A stretch of 64,000 nucleotides of DNA, taken from assembly GCA_951406725.2 (NCBI GenBank), contig OX597822.1:54002001-54066000 (forward strand), in the 5' to 3' direction. This DNA is from Octopus vulgaris (taxonomy: Eukaryota). Of this stretch, positions 12,887 through 26,564 are shown piece by piece; position 1 is the first letter of the stretch; each line of letters opens with the position of its first letter. The notes beneath the pieces are model-generated. The model saw only the letters and a program-made list of their open reading frames with translations. It ran no database searches and was not told the DNA's origin. Both the position numbers and the translations under genes were made by a program.

Positions 12887-14155
12887 CAGGGTGTGGTCGG
12901 TATTTGAGGACACGTGCGTTTTTAGTCATTATTTTATTTGATTAATTTTCATTGAACTTCTATTTCAGAAAATAACCATGACAGGTCCTCTGCTTACGAG
13001 TGAAATGAAAAGGCATGCTATGATTGGGGCTTTGAGGGCTAAGCATGGTGATTTAAGAATTTTCTCGTTTTCTGAAAGTTGCAAGATCTTTTGTCCACAG
13101 GATTTGGTGTGAGTTAGAGAAAGAAGACGGAAGTGTATTACCTGTATCAAAACGAAAAACACACCCCAAACGCTCTAATTCTGTCAAGACACATGAATTT
13201 ATTCAGGAAGTTGAGCAAAACATTGATGACAATGCAGGAAATTCAATGAGGTCAATTGCAAAAAAAATTCGTGTGTCAGAAAAACAATCAGAAATGTTGT
13301 GCATGATGACATCAGTTACAAATCTTACGTAATGAAGAGAGGTCAATTCATGTCAGAAAAATCAAAAGAAATCCGTTTAATCAGATCTAAAAGACTTTTG
13401 AACAAACTTGAAAATCGGTCAAAAGATGGTGTGATTTGGTTTTTCTCAGATGAGAAAAACTTTAACCATTCCCAGAAAATTAACAGAAGAAATAACAGAT
13501 GGCTATGTGCAGACTCTTCTGAGGTTCCAAGAGCAATGCACACAAAATTTCCTGCAAGTGTCATGGTTTTGGGTATTGTTAGCAATGAAGAACATGTGAT
13601 GCCTCCTCATTTTTTTTCACATGGCCTTATGGTGAATGTTGCTGCGTATAGTGAGGTTCTGGATAAAGGTTTTAGGCCTTGGATCAATAGTGTATACAAC
13701 GGAAGGTCTCATGTCTTTCAACAGGATTCTGCACCATCACACAAGGCTCAAATGACACAAGAATGAATGCCCAACAATTTACATGATCACATCACCCCCA
13801 ACATTTGGCCTTCTAATTTTCCAGGTCTCAATCCACTAAATGAATATGTATGGAGCATCGTTGAGAAAAATCTTTATGAACACTCCCATAGCACCAAAAA
13901 TTCTTGGAAAGCCGCCATAGTTCGAGTCATATCCGATATGAACAAGGGTCGAGCTTGTAAACGATTTCGACCCCTCATAGAGGTAGTTAGTGATGCTTAT
14001 GGTGGTTTTATTGAATGAAATTATTAAATTGATAATTTAGCTCTATGTTATTTCTATAAAAAGTACAGTTTTTTCTGTTATATATAAGCATTTTTTAAAA
14101 AAATCATAAATATCATAATATCATAAATCTGTCCTCAAATACCGTCCGCACGCTG
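12887..14155 (+). mobile_element. Full-length maT (DD37D) Tc1/mariner transposon with pseudogenized transposase
   Basis: TA-flanked TIRs CAGGGTGTGGTCGGTATTTGAGGAC / GTCCTCAAATACCGTCCGCACGCTG; motifs FSDEKNF, FQQDSAPSH and WPSNFPGLNPLN with 37-residue spacing (third D changed to N; W changed to TGA at 13764). Confidence 0.9.
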
Positions 14156-14179
14156 TACATATACACACAAACATTTACA

Positions 14180-14397
14180 TATTGGTTTCAAATTTTGCAC
14201 AAAGCCAGAAATTTCGGGTGATGAGGTAACTCGATTGCATCGACCCCAGTGCTCAACTGGTCTTTATGTTATTGACCCGGAAAGGATGAAAGGCCAAGTC
14301 GACCTTGGCGGAATTTGAACTCAGAACGTAAGGACGGACGAAATGCCACTAAGCATTTTCTCCGGGGTGCTAACAACTCTGCCAGCTCGCCGCCTTC
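14180..14397 (-). mobile_element. SINE family A, full length
   Basis: Head AAGGCGGCGAGCTGGCAGAG and B box GAGTTCAAATTC. Confidence 0.85.
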
Positions 14398-15257
14398 GCA
14401 CACGTTTACTTATTAATTTTGATATACCTTAAAAAGCACATACAAATATTATTACAGTGTACCCTTTTAAAATAATTTCCGTCAAAACTTCTAATTCTAC
14501 ATTCGACTTCTCATGCGCATATATGAAATACACCTTTTGCGTATCTGTCTATATCTGCGCCTGTGTGTAGGAGAGATATACGTGCGCGTACGAGTGTGTG
14601 TATGCGTGCCTGTATATAGAAAGGCTTAGAATGCTATGTTGTTTTTCGCATATATGTAATAACCGTTATATGCGAGAGAAAATTCCTTTTATTATATTTT
14701 AAAAATGTGACTATCAGAGCCTCTGACTTAAAACTGACTATATACAAATATATTATTTATTTCTTCTGCGTGTGAGTGCATTTTTGTCTGAACTACATTT
14801 ACCAACACTATGATAGATCTCTAAGCCTCCAGAAACAGTTGTTGGACTTATAACGCCTTGCCTCTTCCCCTTTAATTTTCTCTGTCGTTTTTACTCTGTG
14901 TGAATTTGATCTATTAATATATAAATATCTTTATATCTATACTTAAATATTCATCGTTTGAACATCTTCAGTTTTTGCTTTCTTTCTGTTTGCATGTATA
15001 CACATACATATTTTGTAAATCAAACCTGAGCAGGTATATTTAATTTGTTTATCTACATAATTGTCTCCATATCTCCTTACCTGGATTCCTCTTATAACCA
15101 CTCTTTACCCCGCAGAGTTGGTTTCTCGTAAAGATATCGGAGTCTAAGTTCGAATCGTTCGAGGGCTACTAAGTGTTTTCAATACCTAGAATCTCTGACT
15201 CTCACCTGTTGACTATATATATAAGTATAAACATATGTAATAATGTATGTGTTTTAA

Positions 15258-15570
15258 TGTAAGATCCTCGTCCACTTGTATGTTATTCTCGGCATTGTAA
15301 TATTCTTGTCGCCACTATTGTTGTGGCGGTATTCCACGTTTTTGACTTGTCTATCGTGATATCGCTGATACCTCCGCAAGACAATGGCTTTGAAACGTCT
15401 ACCTAGACGATAGCTCGAACAAATATATATCACGCAACTGACATGTAACTCCAACTAAGAACTTGTACCACGACTCTACTACTACTGACTACATCGACTG
15501 ACTGTCTGACTTTATAGTGGCTACTCATACCACTTTCTCACGTGGGAAGGGGAATACCATTTTCGCTACA
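15258..15570 (-). mobile_element. Possible solo LTR
   Basis: TG...CA ends (TGTAGCG/TCTTACA on minus) and a TATAAAG followed by a CAGTC-rich tract; no target-site duplication found. Confidence 0.3.
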
Positions 15571-15842
15571 ACAGTATGAAATTTATGTAAGTATTTTACT
15601 ATACATACATGCATATATAAAAAGTAATTAAGAAAAGAAATTCCTTCAAAGGGGTGTGCAAGGCATCCAATTCACTGGTACGTCAGTTGAATACCACAGA
15701 AATAGGGGTATAATACAAATTACAAGCTATAAATTAAATAGAGAGATTCCTCTGACAATCTAACAATTTATTTATATTATAATATAACATAATATACTAT
15801 GAATATAATATATGAAAACATAAAAATTATTAAAAAACCAAA

Positions 15843-15928
15843 AAAGCCAACAATTTGTTTCGACTTGTATAGATTATTTGATTTATAAACAATTCATGTC
15901 CATGTATATAAGTCTCTTCAGGGTTTTG
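15843..15928 (-). ncRNA. Type I hammerhead motif
   Basis: AAAACC CTGAAGA GACTTATATA...TATACAAGTC GAAA CAAATTG TT|GGCTTT. Confidence 0.7.
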
Positions 15929-16339
15929 GTTCAAAAGAAAGACGAAATTCCGCGTGAAAGAACGGCCAGATTGCAAAAAAAATTATTCAAATATCTATGT
16001 TTAGAAGCGCGAGCGTTAAATTTTCAACTATATAACGAGTACTATTAACAAAAAAAAAAAAAAAAACAACAACAAAAAAACAACAACAGCAAAAAACAAG
16101 ATTATAACGGACAAAATGATTAAGTAAATAGAATCTACAACTGTCGAAATATATTTCTAAATATCTTAAATATTTATCCAAATTCGTTTAGGTCGAAGAC
16201 AATCTTTGGCTATTAATAATATAGAACAACAATATATAAGTATATAAATGAATTAAGTATCAGAGTCTTACTTAAATGTGTAATTAACTATTCATTCTTT
16301 GAATATATATATATTTAGAAGGTTTAGAAGTATAAATCT

Positions 16340-16730
16340 TAGTTTATAGATATTCAAATTAAAATTCAGAAAACGGAGATGTAGCAGTAATATAATTAAT
16401 TAACTGCAAAAACTCAACGTATTCTCTTACAGCTGTTTCGATCTTGCCCAAAGAATTAAATTCCAGAAATTAGAAACATTATATTGGGCAAAATCTCATC
16501 AGAGGAGTAGTAAAGACAGCGTTACGTTATTAGATGTTATACTGTATAACATCTAGTAACCGAACAGTATGCCTTTTCTTCTCCTCTAATGAGATTTTGC
16601 CCAATATAATGCTTTTAATTACTGGAATTTAATTCTTTGGACGAGGTCGAAACAGCTGTAAGAGAATATGTGGAAATTTTGCAGATATTAATGCTACAGC
16701 TCCATGTTTTTGAATTCGAATTTGAATGTA
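16340..16730. mobile_element. Foldback PLE-tail element in (TA)n with hammerheads in both arms
   Basis: Imperfect inverted repeat centred on TAGATGTTATAC T GTATAACATCTA (about 16532-16556). Minus HHR 16424-16507: CTGATGA GATTTTGCCCAA..TTGGGCAAGATC GAAA CAGCTG TA|AGAG. The plus-strand copy has CTAATGA. Confidence 0.8.
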
Positions 16731-16759
16731 TATATATATATATATATATAATTTTAATC

Positions 16760-17370
16760 CAAACGGGAAAACAGAAAAAACAACAACACGTGGAACAATT
16801 ACAGTATTATTATTAATAGGCGCTCAGGAAAGATGGAAGCAGGAAGGTATGACGTTTCGAGCGGAGCTCTTCGTCGGAAACATAAAGAAGGAAGAGTGAG
16901 GAAAGAAAAATCCCAAAGTGGGCAACAAGAGGGAGAAAAAAACGACTGGTGTTTACGAAGTACACATGGTGAAAGGCGGAAGTTTACGATAACAAGAGCA
17001 AAGTAGGTTTTTAAAGCCAAAAGAGTGGAGACAGGGTTGGTAACGCAACAGATGTGTGTGTATGTGTGAGTGTGTGCGTGTGCGTGTGTGTATGTGTGTG
17101 TGAGGCGAGATAAAAAAACAAAAAATATATGTATATGTTAGTGTGTGCGTCTGTGTGTAGGCGTGTGAGGTAGGGCGAACAGTAGTAGGCATAGCAGACA
17201 GTGGTCAGTAGTAAGAAAATGAAGGAAGGAGGAAGGGAGGGAGGGGAAGGGGTGGGGGCGTATGTAACGTGCCAGCGTGTGTGTTGAGTAGTAGTGTGTG
17301 TGTGTCCAGTGTCGTAGTTGTATGTATGGCGAGTAGATTTGAAGTATGTGTAAGAGTAATGTATATCTGT
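16760..17370 (-). mobile_element. PLE 3' tail with minimal hammerhead (same family as 39190-39365)
   Basis: Minus CCGACGA AGAGCTCCGCTC GAAA CG TC at 16847-16881; C/A-rich upstream tract; (TA)n flanks. Confidence 0.65.
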
Positions 17371-17404
17371 GTATATATATATATATATAACATGCATACA
17401 TATA

Positions 17405-17691
17405 TATAAATTGACAGAATAAGATAAAAAATCCAAGGCTGTAAATAGTTTTCATAACATTTGTAAGGAAAAGGTCTTACAGCTATTTTCGTGATATTTT
17501 ATATATCCTTTCATCAGGGACGGTGCGAGAAAACGTTTGAGTTCTAATTATTGTAGAGAAGATGTCTCGCACCGTCTCTGATGAAGGGATGTATAAAATA
17601 TCCCGGAAACAGCTGTATGACTTTTTCTTTATAAATGTTTTGAAAACTATTTGCAGCCTTGGATTTTTTTTTATCTCATTCTATCAATTCA

Positions 17692-17692
<1 letters not shown>
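17405..17692. mobile_element. Foldback PLE-tail element in (TA)n with two hammerheads
   Basis: Arms about 17405-17530 and 17565-17692. Plus HHR 17574-17621: GTCT CTGATGA AGGGATGT ATAAA ATATCCCG GAAA CAGCTG TA|TGAC. The mirror copy on minus ends TA|AGAC. Confidence 0.8.
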
Positions 17693-17732
<40 letters not shown>

Positions 17733-18400
17733 GTCCTGTCGAAAGACCCTTGTCCTACGTCCTGGTTTTGTTTTGTTGTTTATTTTTTATACTTTATTTT
17801 ACCGTTATTGTTTTTACGTTTTTGTATTCTTATTGTTACGACTCTTAATATTTCCTTCTACGTTTCTCTATCTCTCTCACCTCCAGCCCCCTCGATCTGT
17901 CTCTTTCATCTCCTCCCTCGTCCACCTTCTCTCTCTTTTCATCTGTCCCTTTCTCCTGTCTTTTGTTCTCACGTGACCGCTAGCCGCTGTTGAGCGCTCT
18001 TTTCGTTCCAGCAGCCGCTGAAGCAACACGTACTTGTTCGTCTCCCTGTCGCCATTAAGCACAACTTCACAAGCCAGCCCCATACTCAATTCGTCCTGTG
18101 TCACGTATTCTGTATTTTTGTTCGTGTACTTCGTTCGTTTTCCGTCCTCGTATTGTATACATTCGAGGCTTTCTTCCAGGGGATCTAATGCACTTGGCTT
18201 AGATTTCCCTTGGCGGGCTGCCCATATCGGAGCAATCTCAAGATTAATCAGCCGAAATTATATATACATGACCCACGTTGGACTCCTCACTCGTATCATT
18301 ATCAAACCTGGAGCTTAACCATGGTCTATCCATGGCACTTAGTGTTTGTTACTCGACACTTTTTGGGTCTTCTTGCCACCAATACCTGTCATACCCTCGA
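17733..18400 (+). repeat. Unclassified interspersed repeat (related to 38630-38980 and 57790-58172)
   Basis: Shared blocks GTCGAAAGAC, GTATACATTCG..CTTCCAAGG(G)A.CTAATGC..GCTTAG and GGAGCAATCTC..CAGCCGAAATT. Confidence 0.65.
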
Positions 18401-18443
18401 TGTATACATACATATGTATACATACAAACACACACATATATAT

Positions 18444-18498
<55 letters not shown>

Positions 18499-18625
18499 AA
18501 CATATATATATATTTAATGTACATATAGGTACATGTATACATACATACATATATATATATGTACACACAGACACAGACACACACAGACACACACACACAC
18601 ACACACATATATATGTATATATGCA

Positions 18626-18658
<33 letters not shown>

Positions 18659-18972
18659 ATATTAAAACATGCCATATATCTTGTTACATTTCGTTAATGG
18701 CGTCTTCTACTGCCATTTAAAATTTTCTCCTCTCCCTCTCTCTCACTGTGCCTCCCCTTCACTTTCTGTCTCATATTATTTTTCATCTCCTCCTTTACAC
18801 CATACATTTTGTAATGTTATCTGTCATTAATTGTGTCTCACAAGGCTTTTTACGAAGCCTAGTAGAGTTGTATAATACAGTTTTATAATTATATCTCTTA
18901 CATTCTTTATAAGGTTTCATGTTTAATTTTAGCGGTGTCTTGTCAGAAAAAATAACGTTGTACACTTCTATA

Positions 18973-19006
<34 letters not shown>

Positions 19007-19137
19007 ACATACATACACACACATACACACACATACACACACATACATACACACACACACATACACACACATACATACACACATACATACACACACACAC
19101 ACACACATTCACACACATACATACACACACACATACA

Positions 19138-19178
<41 letters not shown>

Positions 19179-19544
19179 GCACGAACATACACCCAAACAC
19201 CCCCACACACAAACATACAAAAGCACACACGGACGCACATATACACAGATATTCAGGCTTCGCTATGATAATAGTAAAATTCGTATGGAGAGAAAAAATT
19301 TATACACATTCACAAAGATACACACACACACTCGCATGCGCGCACACACACACACGCACTCACACATTCACATGCGCACTCACATACACCCACAGACACA
19401 CAGACGCATGTGTATGTATGTTTGCTTGCGTGCACATATATATCTGTATGTCTATGTTTGTACGTATAAATATGTATACATATGGTTCTACGTATATATG
19501 TAAAGTATATGTAAATATATTCATGTATCTATGTATGTATGTGA

Positions 19545-19624
<80 letters not shown>

Positions 19625-19797
19625 GTATGTATGCATGTTTGTGTGTGTATATGTGTATACACATGAATGTGCACAGATATACACATACGTACATGTATAT
19701 CAGTTTTCTACGCTCCATGCTTGCAAAAATATAAATATGTAAAATCTATTTTCGCTGACGACGCAGAATCCAAGCACAAAATATAGTACATAATACG

Positions 19798-19845
<48 letters not shown>

Positions 19846-20179
19846 TTGTGTGTGTGTGTGTTCGTTTGGTTTGGTTTGTTGCACGTCCTGTTTTTGTTAC
19901 AAGCTTTGACCCTCCGGGAGCAACTGCCTTCAAAGTCTTGAAGTATATGTAAATATATTGTCGTTCATTGCTCAAAATAAGGAGTACTAGGATAGCTGAC
20001 AACTGATGAAGGATCGTTTTTTATGTTACTTGTCTTGTTTCCCATTTGTTTCTCTCGTCCTTTGCGTACTTAAGTGTATTTTCGTATTGCATGTTGTTTA
20101 CGTTTTATGAAGTCATGTACCCAAATATGCGTACCTATATACATATATGTGTATGTATGTACATATATGTATGTATATA

Positions 20180-20233
<54 letters not shown>

Positions 20234-20246
20234 TATATATATATTA

Positions 20247-20283
<37 letters not shown>

Positions 20284-20286
20284 ATA

Positions 20287-20325
<39 letters not shown>
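18400..20325. repeat. Compound (CA)n/(TA)n/(TG)n microsatellite-rich region
   Basis: Read directly from the sequence; source of many spurious ORFs. Confidence 0.9.
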
Positions 20326-20326
<1 letters not shown>

Positions 20327-20968
20327 AAAAAACGGAAAATACGCACACTTACATGGTTATAGTATAATTTTTAATGTATCGACCGGTTTCGCATTCGCTA
20401 TTCATGATACAATGTTTAATTTATATGAAAATATATTTTTTCTTAAGAAGAAATTGGGTCCATGTTGTTTGTAATGAAATTCACGAGTGAATGATTTTAC
20501 AAGTTGACAAGTAAAGGGAGGTTGCTATTATTGTTATTGTTGTGTGTTTAGGTTTTGGGCAGGGAATAAATGCGTGTACAGAAAGGAGACAGGTTTAAAA
20601 AAAGGGGCCTTGTTTTGTAGGGGATTTATGTACAGTGATGTAATATGTAAAAATATAAAAATTGGTTATGCGTGCTTATTAAGACGCGTTTTGTCTTACC
20701 TGTGCAGGTAACATCAAACCAAATTTTATAGTCTTCCCTTTCTACCAGTGCAAAGACACAATCTCTCAACTAGAACGCTTAAATAAAGAAACTTTTTCAT
20801 TGAAAAATACAAACATTATATCATGAATAGCGATTGCGAAACCGATCGGTACATTAAATATTATACTATAACCATGTAAGTGTGCGTATTTTCCGTTTTT
20901 ATTTTCTTATATACATTACAATCCACCACGTGAGGACAACTGAAATTCCTCTTTTCTGTTACTACTAC

Positions 20969-20970
<2 letters not shown>
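20325..20970. mobile_element. Foldback element in (TA)n with degenerate hammerhead half
   Basis: About 100 bp arms (AAAACGGAAAATACGCACACTTACATGGTTATAGTATAAT and its inverse at about 20820-20900); GC GAAA CCGATCGG TA at about 20836-20851. Confidence 0.75.
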
Positions 20971-21016
<46 letters not shown>

Positions 21017-21057
21017 TATTATTTATTATTTGTCTGAACACCATGCATCCATTTCAA

Positions 21058-21136
<79 letters not shown>

Positions 21137-21279
21137 GAGAATTAAAAAAAAACAATAGAAGACGAAGACAGGTGGTGTAGACAACAAACAGATGTATTAG
21201 TTTAACGCTCGGGAAGTGGGGAGTATAACAACTGGCTATTGAACCATCATACATAGACTCACATCCATCCATGGGAAAC

Positions 21280-21373
<94 letters not shown>

Positions 21374-21461
21374 AAATCTATCTATCTATCAAATTTATCT
21401 ATCTAGCTGTGTGTGTGTGTGTATGTGTGTTTGCGTGTGTGTGTGCGTGCGTCTGTGCGTG

Positions 21462-21499
<38 letters not shown>

Positions 21500-21625
21500 G
21501 TGTGTGTGTGTATTAATGTCCGGTCGCTGATGAGAGCAACCGGTAACATATAACCCAATACAAAGTGATATGTAGGCATAATGGCGGCGGGTAACCTGAG
21601 GTCTCCACCAAGCTTTCTTGTAGAG

Positions 21626-22122
21626 CAGTGTTTCCCAACCTATTTTCCCCCAGGCCCCACTATAGTTTTCCAGAAAACGCATGCCCCACTGGTGGTTGGA
21701 AAAAGAAATTTTATTTTTAATATTTTATCACAGTTATTTGATACAAAAGAATCTACCAATAAGTACTGAGAACCAAAAAAGAGTACATTATTGACTAAGA
21801 AAAAAAAGTAAATTTCTTTATTGAGAACCTTGTGCTTGGCGACTATGGCAGATTTCCTTGATTTGAGGAGACAAATTTTGTTTGCTTCAGGTGTAGCATT
21901 AGAACAGCACTATGCTGTAGCAAACAGTTTTCACACAGTATGCTTGACTGGAGGGATTGGTTCGGTTAAGCTGAGTATAGGTGTAGTATGTTTGCTGTGA
22001 AAAAAAGATTTTCACAATTCCATGTTCCACTTAAAAAAAAAAAGTAACTTTGGATCCCATGCCCCATTACAAATTTCCCAAGCCCCACCGGTGGGGCATA
22101 TACCCCATGTTGGGAATCACTG
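21626..22122. mobile_element. hAT-family MITE
   Basis: TIRs CAGTGTTTCCCAAC / GTTGGGAATCACTG with a perfect 8-bp TSD TTGTAGAG on both sides. Confidence 0.92.
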
Positions 22123-24115
22123 TTGTAGAGGAAGGTGATATTAGCTACCTTGCAGAATAAAAAAAGCAACACGTATCAATGGACAGATGCACGTAGTGAA
22201 GTCAATGACCATCCAATAATGTGTACATACAATGTGTGCATTAAATATGTGTGACATGTTCCCATTTCATTCAAATAAAGCATAGAAGGAATAACCTTCG
22301 TCTCCACAACTTCAAAGTTGATGGGAACAGGTCAGTTGGGAGTAACTGGTGTAGTTGTCAACTTACCAGCACGCTGAACTAGAAGCTATGTTGCAGGGAA
22401 AACATCTAGAATGAGGTTTTATGGCCTGGACAGGTTAGGTAGTTTTGTAAGCTTTAGTCGTCTTGGATTTATTTTGCCACCGAACATATTGTGTGAGAAC
22501 GAGAGTGTGAGTCTGATATATGTACATCTCTTTAGCTCTTTCTCATAAAAAAATATTGAAAAAAACTTGCGCTAGTCTAGCGTTTATATTTTTTAATGCT
22601 TTGTCTCTTGAATATATTAATATTAACTTCCCTGTTTATCTACCAATATATCTCACCACATATTTGATTTAGTTATTATTTCAGTGTTGCATATATTAAA
22701 TATGTGAACATTAATTTAGCTACTTATCTGGCTGACTATCTGTGTCACCGCATATATTTCTTGTTAATTTTTTTAAGTGCATTTACACTAACGTTCTACT
22801 CAAGTTGTCTGTTTATCTTAGGGTGTAGTAAAAAAATAAAACCGCTCTCATTTTACAAATCAACAAATGTCTTAATAGGAAACATATAATGTGCATTGTT
22901 GCAAACTATGACTGTAACTAAAAAAAACAGTCAATATTAGGTACACGAAGTCAACGTTATCACCTGTCTAACTTCATTAGCGTCATATCAGTGACTGTAT
23001 GAAATATGAGAGACTTTCTGCCACGTCATGCATGTACCTTTCTCATGATAAGAGCAAATCGAGAAAAATAGTTTCCAGCTTGACCCTTCAATTGTTTAAC
23101 TAATAAGACAATATAGCATAAGTGCTGAATGTTTATAATATTGAAATGCTAACGATAGATTCCTATGATGTAAAAAATCTGTCAAATTTTTACATCATAG
23201 AGAGAGGGAGAGAGAGAGAGAGAGAGAGTTCAAACGAATGCTATTATACACGCATATACCAACTCACACACATATCATCGCTGATGACGCGCGCACACAT
23301 GTCCATTCACACGGACGACAATTAGCTCTGTTTAAGCATTTTTATGCATGAAAGCGTGGAGTGGTATTTGAATATGCGTACACGCCATTAGCATTCATAT
23401 ATGTGTTCCTTTATTAGTGTGTGCACGTGACAGGCTTGGCTTTCTCTACTTCCATAACTATTTACCTGACGATTTAATGCATGCGCGTTAGAACAATTCA
23501 TTGTCGTGAAGATTGAACATCTATGTATTTTATTATCTATATATTAATAAATAATTGTTTTCGAAGAGAATAGATAAGGTTTCCTGGAAATTAATCAAAG
23601 GATTAAGAAGGAAATGACAGGATATTATTATCGAATGGAGATATATTTATAGCTGACTCTAAACCACAAAATTGGACATGGAATTTAGTAGTAAATTAAA
23701 ACTTTCTCCGGGTCATACTTCAGGACAAAATCTTCAGTTATATATAACCACAAAGTATTTCTAATTTCAGTTATTCAACAAAATATAGCAGTAAACAGTA
23801 TAAGTAAATTGTTTTCTACTAGAACATTACCCGTCATATCAGGAAAAACTTTGGAAGTAAACTTTTGCCACCATGGGTAATATCAGAAAATATGGCATAT
23901 ATACAATAATTATCCTCTAAATTTTGTTAAATTTCATGGTGCTTGTACAAAAGGATGAACTGAATACTAATTTCTAAAAGAAAAATATTTATTACCTCAA
24001 AATAAAGTTCAATAAAGTAACTACAACATGTAAAAGAAGAAAATTGAAAATATAATTACTGCGTTGATTTACATTATGGAATATCACTATCTTTCTTTCT
24101 GTCTTCCTATATATA

Positions 24116-24740
24116 TATGAGGTGTAATAAAAAATATCCGATCTTGATTTTTTTTTGCACTAAATAATAATGCGTGAGCAAAATCCGCATGGGTATTAGG
24201 TGACCGCGTCCTTCCTGAGCATGCGCAAAAATGTTCGTGTCTGTAGGTTGGGTCATTTGCCCGCAGTGGCGAGTTGAGTACAGGCGGGAAGAGTGTACTG
24301 TGCGAATTTTCTTTTTGAGTCAAGGCGTCCGAACGCATTGAGCAAAGATACTGTATCAAATTCTATCAGAAACTTGGTGATACGCAAGCCCAAGCTATCG
24401 AGAAGATTCAGAAAGACTTTGCAGATGATGCTAGGAACCCCCTCCCCCATAAATAAAGGAGTGGTACAACCAGTTCAGAGATAACCGTACCTCAGTGGAC
24501 GGTGAGCCATGAATATGCACCTCAAGGTCAGACAATTCACAAAGAATACTACCTGGGGGTTCTTCACCGCCTCCGTGAAGCTGTGCGGCAAAACGACCCG
24601 ACCCGTGGGTAGCAAAGAACTGGAAACTCTACTATGACAACGTATCGGCTCATCCTGCCCACGTCGTCTAAGGGTTCCTCGTCAAGCAAAACACACCACT
24701 TGTTCGTCAGGCTTCCTACTCCCCAAACTTGGCTCCATAT
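24116..24740 (+). pseudogene. Deleted mariner transposase remnant
   Basis: EQRYCIKFYQKLGDT..; EYAPQGQTIHKEYYLGVLHRLREAVRQ; YDNVSAH; SYSPNLAP. Confidence 0.75.
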
Positions 24741-24863
24741 TCCTTTCTGTTGAAGAGCGTAGGCTCGAAACGTAAACGACTTTATCACTTTCTCGAGCGT
24801 CAAACTAATACAACTACTTGTTGTTCATACACCTGTCTTCGTCATTTGTTTTCCTGTAAATTT

Positions 24864-24865
<2 letters not shown>
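24740..24865 (+). mobile_element. PLE 3' terminus with U6-variant hammerhead (24743-24778)
   Basis: CTTT CTGTTGA AGAGCGTAGGCTC GAAA CG TA; same family as 12060-12270. Confidence 0.7.
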
Positions 24866-24941
<76 letters not shown>

Positions 24942-24943
<2 letters not shown>

Positions 24944-26172
24944 AGGTCGCCAAGTATGAAATTTGTAGTAAGGTATATGGTAAACTTTGACAGCTGCTCA
25001 ATTTGTGCCATTATTATATTTTGTTAGAACGCTGACACATCTATTTCTTTATTCTAACTCATTTTGCGCTTTATAAAGTATTTATGCTCTTTTTTTGCTA
25101 TTTTTGTTTATAAATGGATAGGTCGGAAATTCGTACAGTTTTGAAATATGAGTTCTTTCTTGGAAATACAGTATCACAGACAGCTCGGAATATTAATGGA
25201 GTATTTCATCTAATGTTATTACACAGCAGACAGTATCAAATTGGTTTGCAAAATTTCGTTCTGGTAACTTTGACCTCACAAGTGAGCAACGCGGTCGACA
25301 GAAACAAAGGTGGATAATGACGAACTGAAAGCCACCGTTGAGTCAGATCCATCTCAAAGTGCCTGTGAATTATCGCTGTTGTTTGGTGTTAGCAAGCAAA
25401 CAATATTGACTCACCTAGTTCAAATCGGTAAAGTGAAAAAGTTGGATAGGTGGGTTCCACATGAACTCAATGAAAATCAGAAACAGCAACGTTTGGAAAC
25501 CTACATTATTCTACTTTCTCGTCACAAAAATGAATAATTTTTGAATCGAATTGTAACATGTGATGAGAAATGATACCGATACAACAACTGTAAACGTTCA
25601 GCACAATGGTTGGACAAAGATGAGCCACCAAAACACAGTCCAAAAACGCAAAATTTATCAAAAGAAGCTGATAGTGTGTGTTTGGTGGTCTGGCGCAGGT
25701 GTGATCCAATATGTTTTCATTAAACCTGGCTCATCAATCACGACCGAAGTATACTGCAGCCAACTGGACCAAATGATGCAGAAACTTACAAAAACCCCCC
25801 CCCGCCTAGATTAGTTAACAGATCCACTCCTATTTTATCGCAAGACAACACCAGAGCACACATCGCAAAATTGATATTGGTGAAACTGCAGGAGTTGGAA
25901 GTTCTAATTCATCCACCATACTCACCTGATATTGCCCCCCACTGACTACCACTTCTTCCAGAATTTGGATAACTTTCTGAGAGGAAAAAAATTTAATTCC
26001 GACGATGCTGTAAAACGCCTTCCAAGATTTTATTGGACAAGCTACTGCTGAAATGGCAAAAGTATATTGACAATATGGGTGCATACTTTGATGAATAAAA
26101 CTATTTCTTGTATTTATAAAACATTAGCAAACTTTTTGTTCTTTTCTACAAATTTCATACTTGACGACCTAA
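24942..26172 (+). mobile_element. Mariner (DD34D-type) transposon with pseudogenized transposase
   Basis: TIRs TTAGGTCGCCAAGTATGAAATTTGTAG / CTACAAATTTCATACTTGACGACCTAA|TA; motifs WVPHEL, IVTCDEK, QDN and HPPYSPDIAPTDYHFF; stops and frameshifts. Confidence 0.92.
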
Positions 26173-26564
26173 TATTAGATACATACATGCATACATACAG
26201 GTATCTATCTATCTACATCTCTATCTCTATGATTATTTTTCTCTCACGCTGCATGTGCGTGTGTGTGAGCGTGTGTGCAAGGGCGTAGTGTTCAAATACT
26301 CATATATGTATTCATATATATACTCATCCTGCACCTCCTATGTCAACTCTCTCTCTCTCTCTGATTCTCTTTTACTCTGTCTGTCGAATGTAAAGCGTGA
26401 CTGGAGAAATCAACCAAGCAACCAAGAAACCAGCCAACCAGCCAGCTGACATTTACATCAGCTGACATGTCAAAGGCAACACGAAAAATACAAATTTGTA
26501 AAGCTTTTTTATTTATGAAGAATTAAATCTGTTATAAAGAGCAGAATATGAATACAAAGAATTA

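Noticed and set aside
19990-20040. CTGATGAAGG as a hammerhead core
   Set aside because: No closing stem II or GAAA downstream.
22363-22410. Candidate downstream exon of the peptide gene (TTCTAG..GTAAGT on minus; similarly an acceptor near 43190)
   Set aside because: Immediate in-frame stops and no compositional continuity; the splice-like motifs alone are insufficient.
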